Positions 26,572 to 40,960 are shown, numbered from the stretch's first letter. The stretch: DNA of 64,000 nt from Octopus bimaculoides (GCF_001194135.2 NC_068991.1:75074898-75138897), one strand, 5' to 3'. Translations and numbers: made by a program. The notes: a model not told the origin generated them from the sequence alone.

Positions 26572-26852
26572 TATCTATTCTATTGGTCACTTTTGCTGAA
26601 CCACTGATTTACAAGGACATAAACAAACCAGCACCAGTTGCCAAGCAGTGTCAGGAGGGGGGCAAACACAAAGGCTCCACACACACACACACACACAATC
26701 GGTTTCTTTCAGTTTCCATCTACCAAATCCACTCACAAAACTTTGCGCAACCCTGAGCTTATAGTAGAAGAAACTTGCCCAAGGTGCCATTCAGTGAGAC
26801 TGAACTTGGAACCTTGTGGTTGGAAGCAGACTTCTTAACTCACAGCCAACCA
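26572..26852 (-). mobile_element. Family A SINE (partial)
   Basis: Reverse-complement match. Confidence 0.85.
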
Positions 26853-27089
26853 TAACTCTCATTCGTGAAGGGGTATAGGTCTGCTGCATGTGCTCTATTT
26901 TTGGGAATTGTTTTAGGATCTCATATAGATGACAGCAGACATGGACACTGCCTTGGAACAACCCATGTTTTTCGAGGGCTGAGGTTTAAAGGGCTGCATC
27001 GTTACCCAGTTGGCACTTATTACAGCTGAGTAGAATGTAGCAATATGAAACAAAGTTGACTTGCTTGACAAGACAGTGTATTTTTTTTC

Positions 27090-27320
27090 TTTATTTCCCA
27101 CAGGGGACTAAACATAGAGGGGACAAACAAGGGCAGACAAAGGGATGAAGTCGATCACATCGACTGCAGTGTGTAACTGGTACTTATTTAATCACTCCAG
27201 AAAAGATGAAAGGCTAAGTTGGCCTTGGCGGAATTTGAACTCAGAATGTAGCAGCAGACAAAATACCGCTAAGCATTTCGCGCGGCGTGCTAACGATTCT
27301 GCCAGCGTATTGCCTAGTTC
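27090..27320 (-). mobile_element. Family B CORE-like SINE
   Basis: Reverse complement of the copy at 283-500. Confidence 0.85.
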
Positions 27321-27743
27321 AGGAATTGAGCCATGACCTAATGACCATGTGCTAATCATCCTAACCACTTGGTCATGTGATTTCACACTTGCTTATAAAA
27401 CCGTGCGACTTGCTCAAGAACACAGTGTGCCACCTGGCCCAGTAATTGAACCCAGTGTGTCTTGATCATGACCTGAACACCTTAACCACTAAGCCATGCT
27501 TTTCCTCATTCATGTAAGAAACAATGTGCATTAACGGAGGGCACACTGTGCTGCCTAGGCAAGGAATTGAACACAGAGTGTATTGATGATGAACTTAACA
27601 GCCTAACCACTAAGCTATGCTTTTTCACATTCTCAAATATGAAACAATGTACCTTTCTGAAGGAGATAACTTACTGCTCAACCTAGGAATTGAACCCACA
27701 ACCTTAACATCATGTGAAACACACTAACCACAGAGGAAAGGTA

Positions 27744-28066
27744 GAGGCCTTCTTCGGTCATGAACGACCATGGGTTTGCACTGAGAAAGTTACCCTCCAT
27801 TGCACGAGCCTGAGAAGGTTGTTTTTATGGAAGACCAGGCATTGTGAATGCATACCAGCTTCCCCTCTCCATGCCAAGGGAAAAGCAAAGGGGCTGATAC
27901 AGTTTGGCGCCGGTGATATCACAGTTCATTTCTACAGTTGAGTGAAGTGGGGAAACGTAATAAAGTGTCTTGCTCAAGAACACAACACACAGCCCGGTCC
28001 AGGGACTGAACTCACTACCTCATGATTGCAAGCTTGATGCTCTAACAACTGAGCCACATGCCTTCA
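27744..28066 (-). mobile_element. tRNA-derived SINE (family D, long variant), preceded by several truncated heads at 27390-27720
   Basis: Reverse head GTGAAGGCATGTGGCTCAGTTGTTAGAGC and CTTGAGCAAGACACTTTATT motif. Confidence 0.75.
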
Positions 28067-28597
28067 CTAACCACTAAACCTTGTGCTGTTACACACACAC
28101 ACACATAGAAGTCTTAGCATTTCCTGCTTAATTTGATTTATTACGACTGAAATTAACACATGGGCTATCTTACAGAAGCATCTTCCTCAACCAGGTTTCA
28201 TTACAGTACAGCTTTCTCATTTCATCTCAAATACAAATGTACTTTCTCAAGAAAACATCTTTCACTTCATCATCACATAACATTAGCTCAGTGTGTTTTT
28301 TATTAAATCCAATAGATGCTGCGACTTAATGCATATGCCAACATAACATTTCTTTCCTTTATATACCATTTTACACATCTGCATCCAAAAGATTCAATGA
28401 AACATTTATTAAATCTATAAGCTTCTTGGTCCATTGAATCTGAAAGTCTCTTGTTCCAGAACATTGCACTTTTGCATAAACAACTGCATCTCAGATCGAA
28501 TAGTTTTTTTTCCCTTTTTTTTATGGACCTTGCTTAAGATTAACATTGGCGATAGATGAGTTTAACAAGGAGATCAACAATTCCTTGAGAAACATCG

Positions 28598-28642
<45 letters not shown>

Positions 28643-28774
28643 CTTTATTTGTGTATGAAGTCTACCATTAGTTTCATGTTAAGAAAAAATATTCAATTGT
28701 CGACTTAATACACAAATAAAGAAATTTTATCCACTAATGCGGGGTTGAGCACTCAGTCAGTCTCATTGTTTGAC

Positions 28775-28825
<51 letters not shown>

Positions 28826-28830
<5 letters not shown>

Positions 28831-29055
28831 TTTTATTTGTTTAAGTCATTTGACTGCGGCCATGCTGGAGCACCGCCTTTAGTCACACAAATCGACCTGA
28901 GGACTTATGCTTTGTAACCCTAGTACTTATTCTGTTTATCTCTTTTGCCGAATTGCTAAGTTATGGGGGCGTAAACACACCTGCATCGGTTGTCAAGTGA
29001 TGTTTGGGGGAGGGGGACAAACACAGACACTCAAACGTATACATACATACTTACG

Positions 29056-29097
<42 letters not shown>

Positions 29098-29250
29098 CGG
29101 TGGGCTTCTTTCAGTTTCCATCTACCAAATCCACTCACAAGGCTTTCGGTTAGTTCAAGACTCTAGTAGAAGACACTTGCTCAAAGTGCCAGTGGGACTG
29201 AACCCAGAACCATGTCATTGGGAAACAAGCTTCTTACCACACAGTCACGC
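28826..29250 (-). mobile_element. Family A SINE
   Basis: Full reverse-complement match. Confidence 0.9.
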
Positions 29251-29309
29251 CTACGCCTATATATATATATATAAAATGTCCAAGAGAATCTGATACTTAA
29301 TTAGCGGCG

Positions 29310-29475
29310 CTACACTCTCTGAGTGGTTGGCGTTAGGAAGGGCATCCAGCTGTAGAAACTCTGCCAAATTAGACTGGAGCCTGGTGTTGCCATCCGGTTT
29401 CACCAGTCCTCAGTCAAATCGTCCAACCCATGCTAGCATGGAAAGCGGATGTTAAACGATGATGATGATGATGAT
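29310..29475 (+). mobile_element. Retroposon 3' segment (family E) with (GAT)n tail
   Basis: GAGTGGTTGGCGTTAGGAAGGGCATCCAGCTGTAGAAAC...GCATGGAAAGCGGATGTTAAACGATGATG; near-identical at 47700, 49690 and 51180. Confidence 0.85.
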
Positions 29476-29967
29476 CATGGTTAGATTGGTTATTGCATTA
29501 TCATGTACAAATAATATTTAAGGACAAGTACATAATTACTACAGTAAACACTTATTTGCACTTCGGCTATGCATACATCGACAAATAGCTGACTGAATGC
29601 ACAGTGATTCATCAATATCACGCATGGCTTCACTAACTGCACCTATTGCACTGCTGTCTATAGACTCTAGTTGCAAACAAATTGCAGGTTCTGAGTTAGA
29701 TGAAGGATAAACAAATAACAGCAGGTGAATGGATATCCATGTATATCAATTTAATATACAAACAAAAGAGCTATTAATACTTTCAAGCCTTTTACGATAC
29801 TTTCACTATGCATGTTTATAAAATACACCATGCATATCCAAACAATCTGTCAGACCATGTTTATGTTATAGATACACATATATATATATATATATTTTAA
29901 AAGAAACAAGAATACTGGGCAGTGAGAAAATAAGGAAATATATATTATATATATATTATATTTAATA

Positions 29968-30569
29968 AGTGCAGGAGTGGCTGTGTTCTGGGTTCAGCCT
30001 CACTGTATGGCACCTTGGGCAAGTGTCTTCTACTATAGCCTCGGGCCAACCAAAACTTTGTGCATGGATTTGGTAGATCGAAACTGAAAGAAGCCCATCA
30101 TGTATATACATATATATATATATATANNNNNNNNNNNNNNNNNNNNNNNNNNNNNNNNNNNNNNNNNNNNNNNNNNNNNNNNNNNNNNNNNNNNNNNNNN
30201 NNNNNNNNNNNNNNNNNNNNNNNNNNNNNNNNNNNNNNNNNNNNNNNNNNNNNNNNNNNNNNNNNNNNNNNNNNNNNNNNNNNNNNNNNNNNNNNNNNNN
30301 NNNNNNNNNNNNNNNNNNNNNNNNNNNNNNNNNNNNNNNNNNNNNNNNNNNNNNNNNNNNNNNNNNNNNNNNNNNNNNNNNNNNNNNNNNNNNTATATAT
30401 ATATATATATATATTTATATATGATGGGTTTGTTTCAGTTTCCGTCTACCAAATCCATGCACAAGGTTTTGTTTGCCCCATGGCTATAGCAGGTGACACC
30501 CAAGGTGTCAAGCAGTGAGACTGAACATGGAAGTGGTTGAGAAGCAAGCTTCTTATCACACAGCTATGC

Positions 30570-30570
<1 letters not shown>
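29968..30570. mobile_element. Two family A 5' halves in inverted orientation flanking an N-gap
   Basis: Plus copy at 29968-30110, minus copy at 30418-30570. Confidence 0.75.
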
Positions 30571-30601
<31 letters not shown>

Positions 30602-30602
30602 A

Positions 30603-30653
<51 letters not shown>

Positions 30654-31109
30654 AGATAGTTATACACACTCACACTCATACACACACACATACACATCAT
30701 GCATATACAATGTGGCTTAATACTCTTAATTGAGAAATATGATAATATACCCTTACATTGAAGAATTCTCTTTCTATTTGTGTATATGAATATTTATAAG
30801 TAATGAAATGTTCAATTTATGCAAGGTTTATCTGTAGCTTATGAGGCAAAAATAACCCAAAACTTTGTTTATTTGTATGATTTTCGTTTTTTGTTAATTG
30901 TAATTATTTGTTGTCAAACTTTATTAAATTTTGTTCATGATTATGTGTGTGTGTGTGTGCGTGTGTGTGTATATAATAGCTGTATATTGTTTATGTATAT
31001 GGCATAAATAGATTTTGGAAGCATTTTGTATTGTTGGTATGTATTATTGTATTCGTTGAAATAGATATTAAATTTAGAACTCTATCAGATTGCATTTCAT
31101 TATGTGTGC

Positions 31110-31149
<40 letters not shown>

Positions 31150-31591
31150 CATATGTATATATATATNNNNNNNNNNNNNNNNNNNNNNNNNNNNNNNNNN
31201 NNNNNNNNNNNNNNNNNNNNNNNNNNNNNNNNNNNNNNNNNNNNNNNNNNNNNNNNNNNNNNNNNNNNNNNNNNNNNNNNNNNNNNNNNNNNNNNNNNNN
31301 NNNNNNNNNNNNNNNNNNNNNNNNNNNNNNNNNNNNNNNNNNNNNNNNNNNNNNNNNNNNNNNNNNNNNNNNNNNNNNNNNNNNNNNNNNNNNNNNNNNN
31401 NNNNNNNNNNNNNNNNNNNNNNNNNNNNNNNNNNNNNNNNNNNNNNNNNNNNNNNNNNNNNNNNNNNNNNNNNNNNNNNNNNNNNNNNNNNNNNNNNNNN
31501 NNNNNNNNNNNNNNNNNNNNNNNNNNNNNNNNNNNNNNNNNNNNNNNNNNNNNNNNNNNNNNNNNNNNNNNNNNNNNNNNNNNNNNNNNNN

Positions 31592-31933
31592 GTCGTAGGA
31601 TTGTGGTTTCGATTTCCAGACCGGGTGTTGTGAGTGTTTATTGAGTGAAAACACATAAAAGCTCCACAAGACACTCTGATAGGGGGTCGTAGCGAACCCT
31701 GCTGTACTCTTTCACCACAACTTTCTCTCACTCCTTCTTCTTGTTTCTGTTGTACCTGTAATTCAAAGGGGCCAGCCTTGTCACACTCTGTGTCATGCAG
31801 AATCTCCCCGAGAACTACGCTGGGGGTACACGTGTCTGTGGAGTGCTCAGCCACTTGCACGTTAATTTCACGAGGTGGCTGTTCCGTTGATTGGATTAAG
31901 TGGAACCCTCATCGTCGCAACCGATGGAGTGCC
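31592..31933 (+). mobile_element. Family C SINE (5' end lies in the gap)
   Basis: Matches the copies at 24730 and 33174. Confidence 0.9.
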
Positions 31934-32593
31934 ATATAGATATATATATGTGTGTTTGTGCGTGTGTGTGTATATATTTATATATATAGATAAGAACTTG
32001 ATAGGAGATTTCATTTTTATTACTTAAAGGTGGGAAAAACAAATGATATAGCTACATAATTTATGTATTTTAGAAAAATGTTTATGCTGTTGAACTCTAT
32101 CTTAGATGGTAATTAATAAAACAGTTTTATGATAAATAATGAAGTAATACGAGGCACACCATTACATTACATATTTTTAATTCTTAAATTTTATGGATTT
32201 TGTTATTTAATATTATTTATTTTGTTTGTTTTGTTTCTTTTTGTGTGTGAAATGATATTGGAATACAAGCTTTAGCTAAAAATGATTCCTTTTGCAATTT
32301 ACTATAAATAAATATAGATTGTCTTTTTTTTCTTTTTTCTTTTAGTTATTGAGTGATTTCAAAGATGTGGTGATAATGTTGAAAATAACTTTTGTTTTAG
32401 AGGATTCATAATAATATCTTGTATTATATAAGAAGTTAGTGATGATAGATTGATAATTTAAGAAAAACAACCGCTCATCCTAATTGAAATTGAGGCACTG
32501 CTATCATAACATGCTACAGACAGTTTCTTAAATGTAAAGAAACATATTTAAAGTAACAAAGTTATTATTTGATTAGCAAGGTTGTTTGGAAAG

Positions 32594-32641
<48 letters not shown>

Positions 32642-33173
32642 CTACTATTTTTATCTGTTTATGGAAACACTTCATGTTTGTTCTTTGATTTTTAATTTTT
32701 TTTTCTTTCTTTCTAATGAAGTCTCCAGAGTAAATATTGCCTTTATATATACTCAACTTAATTGAAATACAGATATTATTCTTCGGTTATGATTAAGCTC
32801 TTTCTCTTGTATAGAACTATCCATCTGTAAAACACGTGTTTAGAAGTGCTGGGCCAACTTCTCCATTTCCTAAAATACCACACTCATGACATTGCAGAAC
32901 TACACACACACACACACACACATACACACACATATACACACACACACGCGCTTGTATTGCATGCACTCACACTCACTCATTCTCTCTCACTCTCTTTCTC
33001 CCCTCATAAAATAATAATTGTAGTTGTTTTGAAAATGTTTGATATTTGTTATTAATTTGGTTAACTTTGTTAACGTGTTTGATTATGGGTATTTGATATA
33101 ACAGAAGTTTCCTGTATACAGGTTCAATCCTATCCTGCATCAATATTTCTTTTGCTCCTTATTATAATCACAT

Positions 33174-33555
33174 CGTGGAGGCGCAATGGCCCAGTGGTTA
33201 GGGCAGTGGACTCACGGTCATAGGATCGCGGTTTCGATTCCCAGACCGGGCGTTGTGAGTGTTTATTGAGCGAAAACACCTAAAGCACCACGAGACTCCG
33301 GCAGGGGATGGTGGTGAACCCTGCTGTACTCCTTCACCACAACTTTCTCTCACTCTTACTTCCTGTTTCTGTTGTGCCTGTATTTTCAAAGGGCCAGCCT
33401 TGTCACACTGTGTCACGCTGAATATCTCCGAGAACTACGTTAAGGGTACACGTGTCTGTGGAGTGCTCAGCCACTTGCATGTTAATTTCACGAGCAGGCT
33501 GTTCCATTGATCGGATCAACTGGAACCCTCGACGTCGTAAGCGACGGAGTGCCAA
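33174..33555 (+). mobile_element. Family C SINE, full length
   Basis: tRNA-like head plus conserved body. Confidence 0.92.
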
Positions 33556-34129
33556 CAAATAATCACATCTCAGTGTAATTGTAAGGATGACAAAATCTGT
33601 AATTTAACTTCATACACCCTTGCAACCACTACCTACCTACCTACACCTAGTTTTTCCGTATCTAATCCTCTTTACTTTACACCTCATCGCCACATTTTCT
33701 ATCTCTTTCTCTCTCCACACTAACCACCCTCACATTCACACCTTCAACATCAGTAGCCGTGTGTCTTTTCCACAGGAAGAAACCTGTGTCGTCTTGCCTC
33801 TTTTCTGGTACATTAACACATCATCTCCTGGCACAAAAACCAGCTCCCTTGGAGTCCATGGCATTGCATGATGCTCTGTAACCTCACTAGCATTGGTACT
33901 TGGAAAAGACCACCTTGTATACATTGTAAAGGAGTTAGCATTAGGGTATCCAGCTGCAAAAGACATGTCAAAGCAGACACTGGAACTTGATGCTTTCTTT
34001 GGACCTGTGACACTCTGTCGTACTATCTAATCCACACCAGCATAGAACAAGGATGCAAAATACAGATGAAGATGATAAGCACTTGTTGTATTCATGCACA
34101 CACACGTGTGTGTGTGTGTTTATGTGTGA

Positions 34130-34190
<61 letters not shown>

Positions 34191-34900
34191 ACCTAAACAA
34201 ATGAGTGAAAAATGTTGAGCTGAACCCAGGGATCGAACACCCATATCAGCACTTACACGGCTCCACGCACATCCAATAGACTGAAAGGCTCATCTATCAA
34301 TTTCAGTCAAATTTGATATAATGATACTCACTGTCTAGTATTTATAGATAGATTCATACCCCCCCCCCACACACACACATACAAAATACATATATTTACA
34401 CACACATCCATAATATATTTACAAAAGAAAGTCTGACAGTCACTTTGATGTTTTGTTGTTTGTTGGTTTTGTCAGACAGTCTGGAATCTAATGAATCCAA
34501 TGAACAAGAAGACTTTGAGTCACTGCAACCTTCACCTTGTAAAAATAGACTTGTTATCTCACTTGAAGTTTTGTGTGATCCTTTAATGAATTCTTTGAGT
34601 CTTGTCATATATAACTACACATAAAAATCAATCATTAATTATATATATATAGATATATATATGTATGTATGTATGTATGTATATACACACATATATATGT
34701 ATGTATGTATGTATGTATATACACACATATATATGTATGTATATATGTGTGCGTGTGTATGTAAATATAGCCAGCTACTGATGGAACTTCAAAGTCACTA
34801 TCAGTAAAATTATTAGAAATATTTGACTTTATACTTATTGTAAATACTTTCTTCACTTAATATTCACCAATTTTATACTTATAGAAATATCCTTAGACTC

Positions 34901-34950
<50 letters not shown>

Positions 34951-35529
34951 NNNNNNNNNNNNNNNNNNNNNNNNNNNNNNNNNNNNNNNNNNNNNNNNNN
35001 NNNNNNNNNNNNNNNNNNNNNATATATATATGCATCCACACACACACATGCGCATACACGTGTGTGTTTGTGAATGCCAGTGAGATGGGAACCTTTTCAA
35101 AATATTAAAAGAGAAATTATGTCTTTTTTTTTTCTTTTTAATCTTTCCCTCTTTTCTTTGTCTTCAATTCATCACTTTTAACCCAATCTCCCTTTCTGCT
35201 GCTATAAATGGACCAATATCTCTTTTACGCACCAAGCATCAATATAACATCTTATTCTAAAATACAAATATTTTCCCAACTCTTACTAGTTGGTTTTTAT
35301 GTATTTATTTTCTTTCTTTTGAATAAGCAATTTTCTTTGTAGAAATCCAGGGACAAACATTTAAATCATAGAGAAAGTTCTAGTGTTGTATTAGAATCGA
35401 TTGCTAAGCGTGGTATTTTGCTTGCTTTTCTGCTGTCTTGGATGGCAATTTAGTTTTCATTTCTTTATCGTTTACTTGTTTATGTCTGAGACCATGCTGG
35501 AGCAATGCTTTGAAAGCATAAATAAAAAT

Positions 35530-35766
35530 AAATGCACCTTTTAAAGCCTAGCCTGGTTTCCTGGTTTCAATGGCGTGTGTGTTCCCCAGCTGGATGGGAC
35601 GCCAGTCCATCGCAGCGTTACTCATTTTTGCCAGCTGAGTTCACTGGAGCAACGTGAAATGAAGTGTTTTGCTCAAGAACACAACGCGCCGCCCAGTCCA
35701 GGAATCAAAACCACAATCTTAGGATTATGGTGCTGTCACCCTAACCACTAGGCCACGTGCCTCCAC
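35530..35766 (-). mobile_element. Family D SINE
   Basis: CATTTTTGCCAGCTGAGTTCACTGGAGCAACGTGAAATGAAGTGTTTTGCTCAAG plus reverse tRNA head. Confidence 0.8.
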
Positions 35767-35799
35767 CCTTGAAAGGCATAGTTGAACAAATTAGCTACA

Positions 35800-36085
35800 A
35801 TACTTGCGCCTATTTTACTGGTCTCTTTTGCTGAACCGCTATGTTTTGGGGAGGTAAATAAACCAATACCGTCTGTCAGCAGTGTGGTGGGTGGCAGGGT
35901 GAAATGAACACACACACTGACACACACACGGAAATATATACAACAGGCTTCTTTCATCTACCGGATCCACTAACAAGATTTTGGTGAACCAGGGGTTACA
36001 GTAGAAAACACTTGCCAAAGGTGCCATGCTGTGGGATTGAAACCAGCACCATGTGGTTGAGAAGCCAACCTCTTACCACACAGCC
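35800..36085 (-). mobile_element. Family A SINE (degenerate)
   Basis: Reverse-complement match. Confidence 0.75.
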
Positions 36086-36704
36086 TGTTTTCTGAGCAAA
36101 CCAGATATAAATATAATAATGCATATTGGCTTTGAAATATTTCTTGGATATTATCATTTCATGTTGGCCATAATTGTCTTCTTCAGTCCAGCTGTGGCTA
36201 CCATTTGCTACACGACATACACTTAATAAAGTTGCATAGATTTATCTCTTCTTCTTCGGAATCGTTTCCTGTGTTAAGCCCTAAACTAATCATATCTTAA
36301 TTTTGTGTACGTTTCCATACGAGCATTTGTACAGAAAGCCTCAACAATTCTCCCAAGATTTCTTCAATCATTCAGATTGACGCCTTTCTTACATTGACCT
36401 TCCATATTAGTTAAAGTAATTGAAATTGTTGCTTGCAATCTCTTATTTGATGATAAATCAATAAATATTTGTGATTAGAAGGATGGACAGATAATCATAA
36501 GATGAAGAAGATGTCCATATAATACCAAACTAGCTTCTGAATTATTCTACCCTCTTAAAAAACTTTAAATGTTTTGACATTTCTATCTTGAAAGTAACCC
36601 TGAAATTAATCTAGTCATTCACTTATCTCCTATTCGTGGTGGTCATGGCTTTTGTTTCTTCTAAAAGTTATATCTCTTAAAAAATTGTTTGAAATATTTG
36701 GATA

Positions 36705-37070
36705 GGCACAGGAGTGGCTGTGTGGCAAGTAGCTTGCTTACCAAGCACATGGTCCCAGGTCCAGTCCCACTGCGTGGCACCTTGGGCAAGTGTCTCCTGT
36801 TATAGGTTCAGGCTGACCAAAGACTTGTGAATGGATTTGGTAGACGGAGTGTTTGTGTTTGTTCTCCCACCATTGCTTGACAACCAATGTTGGTGTATTT
36901 ATGTCCCTGTAGCTTAGCGGTTTGGCAAAAGAGACCGATAGAATAAGTACTGGGCATAAAAAATAAGTCCTAGAGTCGATTTGCTCAACTAAAGGTGGTG
37001 CTCCAGCATGGCTGCAGTCAAATGACTGAAACAAATAAACAAATAAAAAAATAAAAGAATAAAAGAATAG
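36705..37070 (+). mobile_element. Family A SINE with internal deletion
   Basis: Matches the head and tail of the consensus. Confidence 0.88.
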
Positions 37071-37113
37071 GTATTTTTTTCTTTTATAATTACTGACCTA
37101 GTCCTTTTTAATA

Positions 37114-37199
37114 TTTTTTGACCCCCTACCAACTTGCCCAAATTTTTTGACCCCCTACCAACTTGCCCAAATTTTTTGACCCCTACCAACTTGCCCAAA
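37114..37199. repeat. 29-bp minisatellite, 3 copies (TTTTTTGACCCCCTACCAACTTGCCCAAA)
   Basis: Head-to-tail copies starting at 37114, 37143 and 37172 (the last has one C fewer); no spacers. Confidence 0.95.
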
Positions 37200-39704
37200 T
37201 CAGCCAAGCTGCCAAAAAGCTTAATCTGATTTTTTTTGCAATTTCATAAATTTCTTCTTTTTTTTTTTTTGGTAATCTTTACTTATTGTAATCAATAAAA
37301 AAATATCCAATGTAAATTGGATTAATTAATTAATTAATTTATTTATTTATTTATCTATATGCTAAGTAGGCAGAGGGAGCTATAAACCAATGTGTTAAGG
37401 TTTTTGGACATCACCTATGTAACATAGGACGAGACAAAGTCAGAAAGCCTGACAGGTTGTTTTAAGACTATATTTTCAATAACTCTTGTATTTCTTTCAG
37501 ATATCTTCCTCCGCATTTCTTCAAGTTGTTGTCCATCAACTATTTCAGATACTGTTATTTCTCCTCTATCGAACAAAAATATTGCATGTACACCATGATC
37601 TTGTTCTTCATTATGCATTTGGGCCTTTAGCAAGTATGTATTAATATATGTTAAGAAGTGTTTTATCTGTACTATTATGTATATAAAAGAATATGTCAGT
37701 ACCTGTAAAAAAATCTTATATAATCTCTGCAGGTTAAGGTTATTCTTAATATATATATATTCTCAAAATATCTGCTTACTATATCTTGAGTATCCTGTCA
37801 CTATTTCAGTCAGTATTCTATTTTATTAACCAATACAAAAATATTGTTTTTTTTTCCTTGTTTTTTCACAGGTAAATAAGTGTACAGTTTTGTGTTTTTG
37901 TGTTCTCAGTTTTGGTTATCTTATCAAATTCTTTCATAAGGTAATCCCATCAATTAAGCTGCATTTCTTGTCTGTCTTGTTATCTTTGGTTTTTCTCCAT
38001 TATCTCAATCTTTTTAGTTAGATGCATTCCATGAATAAGCCTATTTTCAGTGGTATATCTACCATCAGTGATCTGATATCAGCTGTGGTTATATCTGTCT
38101 TACGGAAAGGGTCGGCACTCAGAAATGCTGGTAACTCTTTAAGAGTAGATAATTTGTTTTTGATCTTGTACAGTACATTGGCACTGTTTTGTGTTGCAGT
38201 TTGTGTCTACAGTAATGACTTTTTATTTTTGATATTTTTTCCTCATGGGGTAAAGCAATATCTGTGATCCTTTACAGAGCTTTCAAGTCTGATGGGAAGG
38301 AAAACCATTTCCTTGAACTGAAAACTTAACCTAAATACTTGCAACTGTGTAGATGCCGCTAAAGTCTGCAAGGAATTGGGTAGAGTTGCACACAGTGACT
38401 GATAATGTCTGCCACCCAAGTAAGCCATGGTGGAATTTGGATACGAAAAATGAGGAGTCTTGATAAATGCCACAACAGGGTATCCAGTCTGATGTTCTTC
38501 CTGTTCTTCCAGTTTTTAGATTGGTACTTTTTTATTTTTATGAACCTCCAAAAGGATGAAAAGCAAAATTGAGTTTGACAAGATTTCACCTCATCAGGTT
38601 GAGATCTGAACAAATATTGGAAATGAAGTGTTTTCTTTGATGCTTTATCTAACCTTCCCCCTCATTTTCTCTATTATCTCCAGTGAAATCCTTTAGTGCA
38701 GCAGCCTCTGCTAAGAAAGATAGAAGCCATAAATCACATCCAACTTCCTGCAAAAATAGACAGGCACCAGGGGGGACAGTGGACAGTGTAATCCTAGACA
38801 CCCTAAGAGATCAAGATAATCCTTGGAGCAATCTGTTTTGATTGTGAGTTTGATCAACTGCAGTTGATTTGGAGTTAAAACAATGGTTCATAAAGTGGGC
38901 AGTATTGCCCCCTTGTTGTGTGTGTCGAGGGGGGTGGGGATTCCAAGGGGGCATTGAAGAAAAGTGGGGAGATAAAGGGGTAGCGATTCATGTAAAATTT
39001 AGGCTGAGAATGGGATGGCAATTCATGTAAAAACAACAAAATAATGGGTTTGTTAGGTTAAGTTCTATTTTGTGAGATACATTTGCTTTGAATTTGCTTC
39101 AGAAAGAAGTCTATTTGTGACGGTTAGTTNNNNNNNNNNNNNNNNNNNNNNNNNNNNNGGGGGGGGGGGGTAGGAATGTGGCCTGGGTGTCAGGGGGGCG
39201 GCAGCTTGAAACAGTTTGGGAACCACTGAGTTAAAATAACAACAAGGCACAACAGCTGTTTACAATCAAATCACAGTTGATAGACAAAATTTCATTAATA
39301 TCACACCTAATTAATAAATAAATTGGTGACTGTTTGGGAAACCTAAAAACCACATCTTTTACAGAGTATGTGGTTACTCTTCTTGAAAGAAATAACCACT
39401 AAATCTCCTTCAAATCACACTCTGCCAAAGAATAGTGTCTTCTAAGATGCGCTGTGCCTATGAAAATGACAGAATGGGCATGGGTGGAATGTTTTTGATC
39501 ATAATTCTTCTTGGTTAGAGCTTATCTGGGTCTCAGCAACAACAGCAGGTACTTGTAAATTATTCTCGTCATTCATGTTGTTGTTGTTGTTGTTGTATAC
39601 GATTTATTATGGAAAGATTTCTATTAATATTTGTTTTGCATTGTTCTGTTATGTCAGATTCAACAATAAATTCTATTAAGTCAACATCTTGTGTAACATT
39701 CTGC

Positions 39705-39744
<40 letters not shown>

Positions 39745-40053
39745 GTGTGGGTATATGTATGTATACACACTCACACACACATACATATACCTATAGATAC
39801 GCATATGTATGCATACATATATGCACATGACCACACATGCACGCGTGTATATATATGTGTGTATGTATATTTTTTATTACTAATGTTGCACTTCGTGATA
39901 TTAATACAAATCATTTTTATACTGTCTGTAATATAGTTTTAGATACACAAGCACAAATGCTACAACACGCACTTATACACACACACACACACTTATACAC
40001 ACACACACACAGACCTATGCATAAATATTTGTCTATGTGTTACTGTCTGTGAG

Positions 40054-40090
<37 letters not shown>

Positions 40091-40536
40091 CACACACACG
40101 CGTGTGTATGTATACACGTGTGTGTGTGTATGTGTACATACATATGTGTGTGTGTATATGTATACATATATGTATATGTGCAGGCACCCAAATATACATA
40201 TATGTTTCAGAAGTAATTGTTATATATCAGTAAAAACAGAGCTAAACTCTGGAATCATCAGAGCTGAGGGAGTGTCACTTCAGAAAATGACAGATCTTCG
40301 TGTAATTTGTCTTCAATACAGTATTTCTAGTTTAATTAAGAAAATCACTGCTGCGTTGCAGCTATGAGGTAGCTTCCAGGAAAATTCTGTTATTTATTTA
40401 TTTTTTTAAAACCTCTCCAGGAAGAGAGAGTTGCAATCTTGATCTTTTATATAATGTCTAAGACAGGTGGAGGTAAAGAAGCAACTATCCTCAGATTGGT
40501 GACCTAATCCTAATGCTTATAATAGTGGGTTCCCTA

Positions 40537-40745
40537 CTATGGGTACCAAATGTGATGGTGGTGACATTTTTTGTGATCGATTAGGTTTGCCACCTGAGAA
40601 ATAAATTCATGCATCCTTCCACTTTGGTAGGGATGCATCATATCGATAAAGTTAATTCTATCTCTGGCTTTTGTTTGCTTTCTCAGTATTTCCAAGACAT
40701 CCAGATACGCTTCTTGTGTCTTGCAGGGAAGAAGAGTCACTAACA
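40537..40745 (-). pseudogene. Possible Mutator/MULE transposase relic, cut off by a SINE
   Basis: Peptide LVTLLPCKTQEAYLDVLEILRK resembles the MULE DDE-domain motif xALLPxKTxExYxxLFxxL as I recall it. Confidence 0.35.
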
Positions 40746-40749
40746 ATAT

Positions 40750-40960
40750 TGATTTCAATTTTTGGCACTAGGCCAGTAATTTGGGGAGAGGTGCAAGTTA
40801 ATTCCGTTAACCCCATTGCTTAACTGGTACTTATTTTATTGATCCCCGAAAGGCAAAGTTGAACTTGGCAGAATTTGAACTCAGAATGTACAGACAGATG
40901 AAATGCTGTTAAGCAATTTTCCCAGTGTGCTAACCATTCTGCCAGCTCATCACCTTAGAG
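40750..40960 (-). mobile_element. Family B CORE-like SINE
   Basis: CTGGTACTTATTTTATTGATCCCCGAAAGGCAAAG...GAATTTGAACTCAG. Confidence 0.8.

Noticed and set aside
33174-33255. SINE heads as functional tRNA genes (also 24730, 3040, 46794)
   Set aside because: They have A/B boxes but no complete cloverleaf or acceptor stem, and continue into SINE or MITE bodies.
37114-37199. 29-bp direct repeats as a CRISPR array
   Set aside because: Copies are contiguous with no unique spacers, there are no cas genes, and the context is eukaryotic.
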